Assembly: GCA_011364965.1 (NCBI GenBank)
Contig: RDOB01000005.1
Location: 32,001-96,000, forward strand
Length of the DNA: 64,000 nucleotides
Reading direction: 5' to 3'
Origin: Candidatus Heimdallarchaeota archaeon
GTDB lineage: Archaea > Asgardarchaeota > Heimdallarchaeia > Hodarchaeales > Hodarchaeaceae
Numbering within the stretch: position 1 is the first letter of the stretch; each line of letters begins with the position of its first letter. The notes beneath the pieces were generated by a model, which saw only the letters and a list, made by a program, of their open reading frames with translations, did no database searches and was not told the DNA's origin. Below, one piece after another: positions 1 to 9,749 of this stretch. The translations under genes and the position numbers were made by a program.

Positions 1-567
1 GAATTTCTCCTTGAAATATCTGATATTATTCGTGAATTTATGCCTGGTCAAGATTTGGATGTGCGATTATCAATTGCATTGGACTATAAATCGCAAGCTG
101 TAGCAATGAAGATTCCAAGAGCAGATATAATTTTATTAAATGAAGAACAGGACAAAAGAAAGAACTTCTATCGAGATCCTGTAATTCTTGCTGGAATGGG
201 GAAATCATCAAGGTATATCAACTATTCTCTCGACGTAAAAGCTGAAAAGGTAATAGAATCAATTTTAAAGAAAGCCCGTGATTTTAATGATGAAATGGTT
301 GCGAATCACTATTTAGAAGGTGAATTCCTTTCTTTATTCTCAAAAATGACAAATTTAAAGGATTATTGTCTTACTGGACGGCAGGGAAAACCCAAAGATG
401 TAGCAAAGAATTTTGATGTTGACGAGGACTACATTCTTTTGCTAGCAGAAGCTTTACGCACTCGGAAAGAGGCTTCTGCTCAAACTATTAACAAAATGTT
501 TCAAAATGAGACTGAATTTGCCAAAATGGACATTCGAAGTCCAAAGAATGTTGGCTTCATTCGATAA
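1..567 (+). CDS. Hypothetical protein, 5'-truncated by window edge
   Basis: Frame is open from base 1 (EFLLEISDIIREF-MPGQ...), so the 40..567 ORF is probably the C-terminus of a longer gene; no family recognised. Confidence 0.7.
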   Translation, partial: EFLLEISDIIREFMPGQDLDVRLSIALDYKSQAVAMKIPRADIILLNEEQDKRKNFYRDPVILAGMGKSSRYINYSLDVKAEKVIESILKKARDFNDEMVANHYLEGEFLSLFSKMTNLKDYCLTGRQGKPKDVAKNFDVDEDYILLLAEALRTRKEASAQTINKMFQNETEFAKMDIRSPKNVGFIR

Positions 568-596
568 GACAAAAAATATTCTGTGAGTAACAAAAT

Positions 597-1634
597 ATGT
601 CACAACGAGAAAAAGAAATAGAAAAGAAAATTGCTCTGTTAGAGGGAGAGAAAAAGATTCTTGAGGGTATTAAAGCTTATTACGAACAAGATTTATCTTA
701 TAATGAGCTAGAAGAAATCTCAGGAATCTCTATAAGAGAATTGAAGCGATATCAACAGGACAATGAGTATCCTTATCGTATTGGCGCTAATAAAAAAGCA
801 GTATTTGAAAAAATTAGCAATAAAGTTAATGAAATTGATAATGAAATAAAATCACTGCGTGGATCAGTTTTCGGAACATTAGATCAAATATTGTTTATTC
901 CGAGCTGGAGTAAATTAATTGGATCAACATTCAATGGTTTTTATTTAAATCAACCTGTAACAAAGATAAATCAAGATAACGTGGTCTTTCTTCCTGATCT
1001 TGCGTTAACAGGTTTTGAAGATACTACTGGAGAGCCATTTTTCCTGATTACAGGACTGGGGTTATATTGGGTTAAATTTGAATTAGGAGCAGGTTCAATT
1101 GTTACTGATTATAGAGAAATTACAGGGATCCTTCTGCCTCTTGATCTATATGAGAAAGCACAAGATGAAACAGGTTCTGTATTGAGCAGTGAATCAATTC
1201 GAATGACAGAGTATATGGTTTCCATTCCTTTCTCATTAATCATGGCTAAAAAAACGACTCAAATGTATTTACGGGGAGTATTAGCTAGAAATGTGTTTCA
1301 TCCGTATAAAGAATGCTTTGATCAACTTCTTTCATCTTGCCAAAATCCCAATAGCTTCAAACGGAGCGAAGGATTAAAGATCCTAAGTGGAGGACTTTCA
1401 ACACAACGGCCATTATATACAAATGAGCTCTTAACTGAAAAACATCTTCCAGGCTATACCTCCCTTGTAGCAGGAATAAAAAATACACAACCCAAACTCC
1501 AAAAAATTCTTGGTAATTTACAATTAGAAAGCACAGAAGACGCTTTCTTCGAAAAAATCGAAAGAATCAAAAGTGAATTTAGGGAAATTGGCCGTAAATA
1601 TCTTTTGGATTGGGTACCAAGTCAAATTAGTTAG
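597..1634 (+). CDS. Hypothetical protein with N-terminal coiled coil and UPF0175-like HTH
   Basis: 345-aa ORF; IKAYYEQDLSYNELEEISGISIRELKRY resembles a small HTH flanked by coiled-coil heptads. Confidence 0.7.
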   Translation: MSQREKEIEKKIALLEGEKKILEGIKAYYEQDLSYNELEEISGISIRELKRYQQDNEYPYRIGANKKAVFEKISNKVNEIDNEIKSLRGSVFGTLDQILFIPSWSKLIGSTFNGFYLNQPVTKINQDNVVFLPDLALTGFEDTTGEPFFLITGLGLYWVKFELGAGSIVTDYREITGILLPLDLYEKAQDETGSVLSSESIRMTEYMVSIPFSLIMAKKTTQMYLRGVLARNVFHPYKECFDQLLSSCQNPNSFKRSEGLKILSGGLSTQRPLYTNELLTEKHLPGYTSLVAGIKNTQPKLQKILGNLQLESTEDAFFEKIERIKSEFREIGRKYLLDWVPSQIS

Positions 1635-1647
1635 AAAAATCGATTTA

Positions 1648-2790
1648 CTATTCTTTAATAATTTCAACTAAGGCCTCTTGAATCATTTGAACATCTACCT
1701 CTGTAAGACCTGCATGAATGGGGATTTCAAAGTGCGTTGCAGCAATTAATTCAGTATTTGGCAAGCTCACTTTCGAGTAATCAGGATATGTAACAAATTT
1801 GCTCCATCTCCATTTCTTTATTCCATCTAAGTAAGTATGTTGTTGATGACATGGGATGGAATAAATCTGCCGTGATCCAATATTATAGTTTTTTAATTCA
1901 GAAATAATTTGATTTGGAGTAAATTTGGGGCTATCAACAACTGGAGCGCATATATAATGCCCATGAATAAATCCCTTCGGGATTTCTTGATTACGAATTC
2001 CACTTAAACTGTCGATCGTTTTCCTGATTTTTTTTGCGTTCTCTTCTCTTCTTTTCAACATTAGAGGAAGTTTTCTCAGCTGAACAAGTCCTATTGCTGC
2101 TAGTGGATCTGCTAATCGAAAATTATAAGCGACATATTCATGATGATATCCTCCTTGTGCGCCTCTCCCGTGATTTTTAAGACTACGCATTTTTAATGCT
2201 AATTCATCATTATCAGTCACAATCATTCCTCCTTCTCCAGAAATCATGTTTTTTGTTGCATAGAAGGAAAAACAACCAACCTCTCCAAAAGAACCAACAT
2301 GTTTTCCATCGATTGAGGCCCCATGAGCTTGGCAAGCATCCTCAATGACAATTAGATCATGATCAGTAGCTATGTCAAGAATAGCTTTCATATCTGCTGG
2401 TAAACCAAAAATATGAACTGGAAGAATTGCTTTTGTCTTCGGAGTAATCAGTTTTTCAATTTCCTCTGGATCTATATTATAAGTTTTTGGATCTAGATCT
2501 GCAAAGATTGGTACATTACCACCGAAGCTAATTGCGTTTGCAGATGCAATGAAGGTGAATGCAGGTGTGATAATTTCTGCTCCTGGAGGAATATCTAGAG
2601 CTTCCAAAGCTAAATGCAACGCTGATGTTCCATTGGTTGTACAAATTGCATTCTTTGCTCCTACAAAATTTGCAAACTCTTTTTCTAAGATTCGAGCGTT
2701 TTTTCCTTCAACAAGAGCTTTAGATCTAATAGTTTCAGTTACTAGGCTGATTTCTTCTTCAGTTATTTGCGGATCTGCGACATTAATCAT
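1648..2790 (-). CDS. DegT/DnrJ/EryC1/StrS family PLP-dependent sugar aminotransferase
   Basis: NGTSALHLAL, TFIASAN, PVHIFG, IEDACQAHG, SFYATKN (PLP lysine), GEGG motifs. Confidence 0.95.
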   Translation of the reverse strand: MINVADPQITEEEISLVTETIRSKALVEGKNARILEKEFANFVGAKNAICTTNGTSALHLALEALDIPPGAEIITPAFTFIASANAISFGGNVPIFADLDPKTYNIDPEEIEKLITPKTKAILPVHIFGLPADMKAILDIATDHDLIVIEDACQAHGASIDGKHVGSFGEVGCFSFYATKNMISGEGGMIVTDNDELALKMRSLKNHGRGAQGGYHHEYVAYNFRLADPLAAIGLVQLRKLPLMLKRREENAKKIRKTIDSLSGIRNQEIPKGFIHGHYICAPVVDSPKFTPNQIISELKNYNIGSRQIYSIPCHQQHTYLDGIKKWRWSKFVTYPDYSKVSLPNTELIAATHFEIPIHAGLTEVDVQMIQEALVEIIKE

Positions 2791-2919
2791 TCAATTATAT
2801 CTCCTATATTCATATAGGTTCAGTTTGCATATTGGAAGACTCTTTATTAGTTTTAGACTATTGCTTCATACGGAAGCTAACATGGTTAATTATAATCTCG
2901 AGAATTATCCTCGTATTTA

Positions 2920-3642
2920 TTGGGATTTGACTTGCTAAAGGAACAAGAAATGCATCAAATTGTAGAAAATTATAATAGAATACTCAATGAGTTGCAGATG
3001 TTTTCCCAAAAGAACTTTGTTCCAAAAATCTGTGTCGTAACTAAGAAACAACCAATTGAAATCGTTAGAAATTTTCTTAGATATGTAAAAAATCCTATCT
3101 TAGGGGAAAATCGAGTTGATGAAGCTGTGGAAAAAATCGAATCCTGTGGTCAAAATAATGCTACTTGGCATTTTATCGGTCATCTGCAGCGTAACAAAGT
3201 AAAAAATATAATTGACAAGATAAAATTAATTGAATCTCTTGATCGAATTGAACTTGCAGAGGAACTTGAGAAACGTGCATGTCAGAAAAATCTCATGATA
3301 AATTGTTTAGTTCAAATTGATGTTACTCAAGATGGGACTAAGTATGGCGTTCCTCCTGATGAAAAGGCTTTATTAGATTTTCTAATTGCATTGGAAAATT
3401 ATGAACATATCCAAATAAAGGGTTTAATGACAATTGCTCCATTTGTGGCTCCAGAGAACACAAGATCATATTTTAAACGAGCTTCTCAACTATATTTGAA
3501 AATGAAGCAATGTGAGACTTTACCTTCAAATGTGGAAATGCAAATATTATCAATGGGAATGTCAAATGATTATCAGATCGCTCTTGAAGAAGGATCAACC
3601 CTGATTCGCTTAGGAACTGCAATATTTGGTCAATATATGTAA
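2920..3642 (+). CDS. yggS: YggS/PLPBP pyridoxal phosphate homeostasis protein
   Basis: VTKK (PLP Lys), GENR, WHFIGHLQRNKVK, GLMTIAP, LSMGMSNDY, GSTLIRLGTAIFG. Confidence 0.95.
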   Translation: MGFDLLKEQEMHQIVENYNRILNELQMFSQKNFVPKICVVTKKQPIEIVRNFLRYVKNPILGENRVDEAVEKIESCGQNNATWHFIGHLQRNKVKNIIDKIKLIESLDRIELAEELEKRACQKNLMINCLVQIDVTQDGTKYGVPPDEKALLDFLIALENYEHIQIKGLMTIAPFVAPENTRSYFKRASQLYLKMKQCETLPSNVEMQILSMGMSNDYQIALEEGSTLIRLGTAIFGQYM

Positions 3643-3687
3643 TTATTCAGTAAATCAAAAAAAATTTATTATATTTATACGGGAAAT

Positions 3688-6600
3688 ATGAAAAATAGTG
3701 GTGTAGAATTAATGTCTATCAGTGAAGAGGAGTTTTCTTTAACTAAACAGGAATTAAGGTTATATTCTTTATTAATAAAGTTTGGCCCAAAGACGAAAAA
3801 GGAATTAATTCTTTCCCTAGATCTTCAAGAGAAGGGGGATAAATTTGAAGAGATTTTGGGGAAATTAATTCAAAAAGGGCTTATAACAAGCTCGGATGAA
3901 TTTTATTATCCCAGTATCCCAATAGAGAATATTATCAATATTTTAAACTTAAATTTAACTACTCTAAAAGATAATCAGAAGAATGTAAATGATTCTTTCA
4001 GTCTCCAGAAAAAGATTTTGGATGAGAATTTAAAGATACTTAAGAATTCGCTAGAAAATCAGTTGAATGAATCAAAATCTATCAATTCAGAATTAAATAA
4101 GTCATTAAAATCAGAAATTTCGGAGATTGAGAAGACACATGTGGGTAAAGCCGAAGAACTCACAGAGAATTTTATTGGAGAATTAAAAACGCGATATATT
4201 GAGAAATTCTCTGAAACTCAATCGAAATTATCAACTGAAGAAGCCCAACTTGAAAAAAATTGGGCCACAGCTGTAGAAGGATTTTATTCTCTTCCAGCAT
4301 CAGGAACCCGCAATATACGCGAATCTGTTTCTCATTACGAAAAAGAGCTCTCAAATATTATAGATACAACAACTACTCGAATTGAAGAAATTCAGAGTCA
4401 AATGGGTGATATTCTCACGGTTCTTGAAACCGAATCTGCTTCACAATTAAATGAATTTTTTTCAAACACACAAACAGCCTCCAATGAGTTCAAAACAAAC
4501 CTACTGACTGAAATAGGAGAGACACGCAAACATGAGAAGGATTTTATTTCCGATGTTCGAAAGAATATCCAAGTCAATTTTGTAGAAAAGATCGATCGGG
4601 TGTTGAAAAAGGTATCTGATGGTTTGATTAAAGAAATTGATGAAGAAATTGATAAAACTCTCGTTAACATAAGGAAAGAAACGTTAGATGCAATCTCAGA
4701 CAGTTCCAGTAAGCTTAAAGCTGAATTTCAAGAGTTTAAAGACAATGCTTCTGAATTAATCCTAGAACAAAAATCTTATCTTGAAGTACTTGACTCTGAG
4801 CTCTCTGATTTCTCCAATGAACAAAAATTACCAAATAAAAAAGAGCTTTTCATTAAACAGCTTCAAGCTCATTTATCCACTGATATTACGTCTTTAGAAA
4901 CGAATTATCTTCGCATACAAAAAACTGTTACAGAAATAATGGAGTCAATTAGACGAACTGCAAAAAATAAGTTAATAGAACAAACTGCTGAATTTGATGT
5001 CCTTCTTAATAAATTTTCTGATGTTACAGAGAAACATCTTTCGAGAAAAGATACTGATATAATTCGACTCCAGCAGTTGTCTCAATCAATTGACCAGTTT
5101 CTAAGAAACCTTTTGGTTTCTATACCTGGAAGGGCAAATCAATTCAAAACTTCTTTGAAAGATTCATTTGATAGTTCCATTAATGAAGTACAAAATCAGA
5201 TGGGAGATTCAACTTACAGTTCTATTCAAGAAATTAACACCATTCTTCAGGGTTCGCAAAAACGAGTTCAGGGGTCATTCAAAGAATCCATTGATGACAG
5301 TAAAAGAGAGATTGCAAATGTTATCGCTTCTCTTGATCAGTTTGCAACCACTATTACAAATCTACAATCAAATTATTCGGAAAAAATTGAACCAAGGTTT
5401 GATCAAAGAGCAAAAATAATGAATACAGAACTCGAAGCAGTTGCTCGTAATTTTCAACAGGTTTTAAATGGAATGGAGTCTGGATATGCCGATATAAATG
5501 AAAAACTTGCTTCAGAGCATTATATAAACGTAACCAATATTCAATCATCCTTCCAAAGCTCATCTTCGCAGCTTAAAGGGGAAATCGACTCGATTTTTTC
5601 ACAAAATCGCGCGAAAAATCAAGAATATCTTTCTCAATTGGATTCAACTCTTCAAGTTCATCTAGATCGCACTATTGAAGCAATAAAAGAGGGTTTTAGT
5701 CAAATTAAAGATGAATTCAATACAGAACTTGAAAACCAAGTTAAAGAATTGAATGGTTTTAATGAAGAACAGCAAGCTAATCTTAGTACAACAGTTGAGT
5801 CATTTATTCAACAGGGAGAGAAATATCTTGAGGATTTTAGAACCAATCTTGGTAAAAACCTAGATGAAAATCAAAAGAAGGTATCTGAATTCATCACAGA
5901 AACTCGTAAGTCAACAAATGAAGTTGTTTCCCTTCATAAATCAAATATTTCAAAATATCAGGAAAAAGGCCCAACTGATATTTTATCCTTCATAAAACAA
6001 ATTGAATCAGAGATTTCTAATCAAACTAAAAACGTTAGAGAAGCCATGGAAGAACTTGAGGTATATTATAATGAGTTATCAGATTCAACTCAAGGGGAAA
6101 TTTCTAGGTTACTACTTCAAGTTCAAGAGAGCGGTGATAAACTCAAGGCATTGGTTAAAGATTCCCTTCATGTTATCACTAATAGTTTAGAGAGGGCAAA
6201 TGAGTCAATTGACACTTACTTTTCAGATTCCCTCACAGATCTTGAAAATCAGGTCGGAGTGGCCTCTGGGTTCATAACATCAGAAGTTGAGACCTCTGCT
6301 TTATCAATCCAAGAGGAAGTTGAAGTTCTAAAAAAGGATCTGAAGGATAATATTGATAAACTTAGTTCAGGAGTGAAAGAAATCATCGAAAGCCAAGATC
6401 AAGATTTCCAAATTAAAATTCCAGAATTTTCAAAGGAATTTGATCAAACATTCCAAAATATGATTGGAGATAGGAAGCAACAACACCAGGATCTTGAACA
6501 GAAAACACAGGAATCTTTAGAATCCTTAATAGTATCGTGGAATAAACAAATGTCAAGTGGAAAAGAAAAATTAGTAGATGTTTCCACACAGCTTGATAAA

Positions 6601-7884
6601 GCAATTGGAAATAATCTTGAAAACTTAAGAGTTATTCTAGATTCCAATATTGAATCAACGTTGAAACAAATCAATACAATTTATCATATTGAGGATTCAA
6701 AAGATATTTTTGGATTAAAAGAGATTCAAGCTACAATTAAACAAACTAATAAGCGAATTCAATCTGCTATCTCTGAAATGTTGAAATCTCATATTGAAGA
6801 ATTTGACAGTAACATTCCTGATATTGTTAATTCATATGAAGCTATACACGCACAGACTGAAGAAGATCTAAATAAGTATCTAGAAGATTTAGGAGATCTA
6901 ATTTCGAGTTATCAAACTTCTGTGACAAATCAATTTCGTAATTACTTAAAGGATGAAAGAGAAAATATAGACTTTAAAGAAACAAATGAAGAACTAAAAG
7001 CTGTAGTACGTAATTTCAGCCAATCAACCTCTCAGAACATAGAATCGTTATCTAAAGATCTGGAAGATAATATTAAATTATCTCTTGATCAAATAAATAA
7101 ATCAAAAACGGCCATTGAAGCTCTTTTCAACAATTTAAATCAAATTAAATCAGAAGAAAATGAGAAATTAAGCGAGGAACTGACAAAATTCAAAAATACA
7201 GTTTTAACGTCGCTAGAACAGAACACAGAAGAAATTGTGAATCAAGTGAGTGCTAATATTGATCGTCATTATAACGAACTCGAGAAAAGTTCGTTAGCTC
7301 AATCTGGAAACGTAACAAATTTAATTCAAAGAATAAATGATGAAATTGAAAAACAGATATTGAGTATTCAGACTGAAACCACTAATAATTTCACTCAAAT
7401 GAGTCAAAATCAAGATTCCTTACAAGTAATATTAGAGAAAATTCAAGAGGAACTCTCTCAAACAAAACCTCTTGAGACGATAAGAACAGTTAATCTCGAT
7501 TCAGATGAGAGTAAAAGTACTTACATACTTGATATACTGAAATCGGCCGAGAAAAATGTCACGATCTTCTCATCAAATCCCACTTTTTTACCAGTTGCTG
7601 ATTTGAAGTCGATACCCTCTCAAAAACGAATTTGGATATTCACGAGTTTCGATTTCACTAAAAAAGGGAAAAAATGGTTTACAGACCTAAGCGAGCAAGT
7701 AAATATCAACTTGAGAGAAGCTAAAGCAAAGAAGATTAACGGGATTTTCGTGATCCAAGATGAGAAGCTTGCTTTAGTACTTCCTGAGAATTTAGGTTTA
7801 CTTATCGCAGATCCTAAATTTGTAACGAATCTTTCAGCACTTTTAGGTACTTTAAAGGGATCCACAATACGTGGATCCTCTTAA
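3688..7884 (+). CDS. Giant TrmB-like wHTH + long (hendecad) coiled coil + C-terminal PLD-like domain protein
   Basis: N-term LTKQELRLYSLLIKFGPKT...LGKLIQKGLI (TrmB-type wHTH); >1100 aa helical rod; C-term ILDILKSAEKNVTIF...IFVIQDEKLALV (TrmB effector/PLD-like, no HKD); start may be 3712. Confidence 0.8.
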   Translation: MKNSGVELMSISEEEFSLTKQELRLYSLLIKFGPKTKKELILSLDLQEKGDKFEEILGKLIQKGLITSSDEFYYPSIPIENIINILNLNLTTLKDNQKNVNDSFSLQKKILDENLKILKNSLENQLNESKSINSELNKSLKSEISEIEKTHVGKAEELTENFIGELKTRYIEKFSETQSKLSTEEAQLEKNWATAVEGFYSLPASGTRNIRESVSHYEKELSNIIDTTTTRIEEIQSQMGDILTVLETESASQLNEFFSNTQTASNEFKTNLLTEIGETRKHEKDFISDVRKNIQVNFVEKIDRVLKKVSDGLIKEIDEEIDKTLVNIRKETLDAISDSSSKLKAEFQEFKDNASELILEQKSYLEVLDSELSDFSNEQKLPNKKELFIKQLQAHLSTDITSLETNYLRIQKTVTEIMESIRRTAKNKLIEQTAEFDVLLNKFSDVTEKHLSRKDTDIIRLQQLSQSIDQFLRNLLVSIPGRANQFKTSLKDSFDSSINEVQNQMGDSTYSSIQEINTILQGSQKRVQGSFKESIDDSKREIANVIASLDQFATTITNLQSNYSEKIEPRFDQRAKIMNTELEAVARNFQQVLNGMESGYADINEKLASEHYINVTNIQSSFQSSSSQLKGEIDSIFSQNRAKNQEYLSQLDSTLQVHLDRTIEAIKEGFSQIKDEFNTELENQVKELNGFNEEQQANLSTTVESFIQQGEKYLEDFRTNLGKNLDENQKKVSEFITETRKSTNEVVSLHKSNISKYQEKGPTDILSFIKQIESEISNQTKNVREAMEELEVYYNELSDSTQGEISRLLLQVQESGDKLKALVKDSLHVITNSLERANESIDTYFSDSLTDLENQVGVASGFITSEVETSALSIQEEVEVLKKDLKDNIDKLSSGVKEIIESQDQDFQIKIPEFSKEFDQTFQNMIGDRKQQHQDLEQKTQESLESLIVSWNKQMSSGKEKLVDVSTQLDKAIGNNLENLRVILDSNIESTLKQINTIYHIEDSKDIFGLKEIQATIKQTNKRIQSAISEMLKSHIEEFDSNIPDIVNSYEAIHAQTEEDLNKYLEDLGDLISSYQTSVTNQFRNYLKDERENIDFKETNEELKAVVRNFSQSTSQNIESLSKDLEDNIKLSLDQINKSKTAIEALFNNLNQIKSEENEKLSEELTKFKNTVLTSLEQNTEEIVNQVSANIDRHYNELEKSSLAQSGNVTNLIQRINDEIEKQILSIQTETTNNFTQMSQNQDSLQVILEKIQEELSQTKPLETIRTVNLDSDESKSTYILDILKSAEKNVTIFSSNPTFLPVADLKSIPSQKRIWIFTSFDFTKKGKKWFTDLSEQVNINLREAKAKKINGIFVIQDEKLALVLPENLGLLIADPKFVTNLSALLGTLKGSTIRGSS

Positions 7885-7887
7885 CTA

Positions 7888-9723
7888 CTATACCGTAACT
7901 AACCCAATTAACCTACTTTTTTCTAGGGTTTGTTTACTTGGAAGCCCTGAACCTGTAAGGCCTTTTATTATATAATAATTATACAAGAGTGATCTGTACT
8001 TATTGAAAAAGTCTTTTCGCTTAGGTAAAAATAAAGAGAAAGTATCATCATAGTGTGTTTGGCCAGTTCTCGTGTTAAAAAGTCTTTCTAGAAGTGTAAT
8101 TCGATTTCCAACTTCAAAAAGATCATTAGGACGGAAATTTGATTTTAATGATTTATTAATAATTGATGTGAGGAGTAGAAGGTTTATTCCATATCGATTA
8201 AGAAAAAGTTTCGGAACAAAATGAAATAATAGCGCTTGAATAGCAGGCGGGATCATTTGGATCCATTTTTTTGATTTAAAGAGTAATGGTAGATATAAGG
8301 GACAAATAACTAAGGAATCTAAAACAGCACCCATGTTTTCCAACATAATTACTAATTCTGATTTTCCTTTTGATGATTTCGGTTTAGATTTAAATGGCAT
8401 TCCAAGTAGTTCAGAGTAAACAATGGAATCTGTTCTAAAATTATCTCCTTTAAAAGAGGAAATTCCAGTCATCAAACTTACTCCCAATATATTCGGATAA
8501 TAAAACATATTTCCAATTTGATTTTTGGTTATAGAAGATGCTTCACTGGTTTGATGATAAAAGAAATTCTCACCTCGCGAAAATTGATCCCCTATCCCCT
8601 CTTTATTTTCTATTTTGTCAATTAAAGAATACAGCTGTGATTCTCCCCAATTCATTCCCAAATTTATATCCAATAATTTTCTTTGATCCTCCTGAATGTT
8701 GAAAAGCGAAGCAATTGTCGCGCCTGTTGAAATAGGATCTAAAGCGTCATTATCACATTTTTCTATTGCTTTTTGAATATCTTCGTTGTTACCAATCATT
8801 AAATTTGGACCTAAAGAAGTAAAAGCTCCATAAGAGTTGCGATTACATTTGATTGAACATGAAAGACAATCTAGGGAATCCTTATACCCCTCGAATGAAT
8901 TTAATTTATTTGGATCTAATTTTACCTTCCTTGTGATATTTTTAGCTGGTAAGGTATCGTGTTCTAATGCTAGATAAGCGATAGAGAATGTTCCCCTAGA
9001 CTTTAACATTTCTGACCATTTAGAAAGATCAATCTCTTTCTGCAACTGTATTATTTCTTCTTCTAAGCTTTGATCCAATTGAGATAATTGGGGTGGTTCA
9101 GTAATTAAAATTGCTTTAATGTTTTTAGAAGCAAGAACTGCTCCTAATCCTCCTCTTCTGAAGTAATGCATTTGGTCAATACTAGCTCCAGCAAAAATTA
9201 CTTGTTTGGTAGCAGCTTTTCCAATTGAAATAATAGAAATATTATTCCCATGTTTTTCTCTCAAAAAAGCTTCAGTAGATGATGTATCAAAATCCCAGAA
9301 TTCAGATGCATCAAAAAAACCAAAATCTGCAAATTCATCAATGAGTATATATTGAGGAGCTTTCGCACATCCAGTTATCTGGAGGAAATCCAGATTTAAA
9401 TTACTCATATATGCACCGAATTTTCCAGTAGCAACTGATGTGCAAAGAGTATTTGAGTGAGGAGACTTAAATGTTGCAACAACGGTACCTGCAGATGGAA
9501 ATGTTGTACCTGTTAAGAAACCTGTTCCAAATATTATATTATTTTCAGGAGCTCTTGGACTAATGTCATGAGGGATTGTTTGATAAGCTAAGTATACTGT
9601 GATACCTCTTCCACCCAAAAATGCTTCAACAACGTTAGGTGGAATCTCCTCTTTTGGATAAATTTTATTTTCAGATAGATTTATCTTAGATACTTTCGGC
9701 TTCCACATAATTAAAAACACCAT
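7888..9723 (-). CDS. Aldehyde:ferredoxin oxidoreductase (AOR/WOR) family protein, divergent
   Basis: FLGGRG, FKSP, RGGLGAVLASKNIKAI, CLSCSIKC, DPIS, DSLVIC, LERLFN motifs. Confidence 0.88.
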   Translation of the reverse strand: MVFLIMWKPKVSKINLSENKIYPKEEIPPNVVEAFLGGRGITVYLAYQTIPHDISPRAPENNIIFGTGFLTGTTFPSAGTVVATFKSPHSNTLCTSVATGKFGAYMSNLNLDFLQITGCAKAPQYILIDEFADFGFFDASEFWDFDTSSTEAFLREKHGNNISIISIGKAATKQVIFAGASIDQMHYFRRGGLGAVLASKNIKAILITEPPQLSQLDQSLEEEIIQLQKEIDLSKWSEMLKSRGTFSIAYLALEHDTLPAKNITRKVKLDPNKLNSFEGYKDSLDCLSCSIKCNRNSYGAFTSLGPNLMIGNNEDIQKAIEKCDNDALDPISTGATIASLFNIQEDQRKLLDINLGMNWGESQLYSLIDKIENKEGIGDQFSRGENFFYHQTSEASSITKNQIGNMFYYPNILGVSLMTGISSFKGDNFRTDSIVYSELLGMPFKSKPKSSKGKSELVIMLENMGAVLDSLVICPLYLPLLFKSKKWIQMIPPAIQALLFHFVPKLFLNRYGINLLLLTSIINKSLKSNFRPNDLFEVGNRITLLERLFNTRTGQTHYDDTFSLFLPKRKDFFNKYRSLLYNYYIIKGLTGSGLPSKQTLEKSRLIGLVTV

Positions 9724-9749
9724 GACATCAATTATTGTTTTGAAGAAAA

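Noticed and set aside
2920-7884. yggS plus coiled-coil gene as a bacterial-type cell-division (ylmE/divIVA) cluster
   Set aside because: No ftsZ or sepF present; the coiled-coil protein has TrmB-like ends rather than a DivIVA domain
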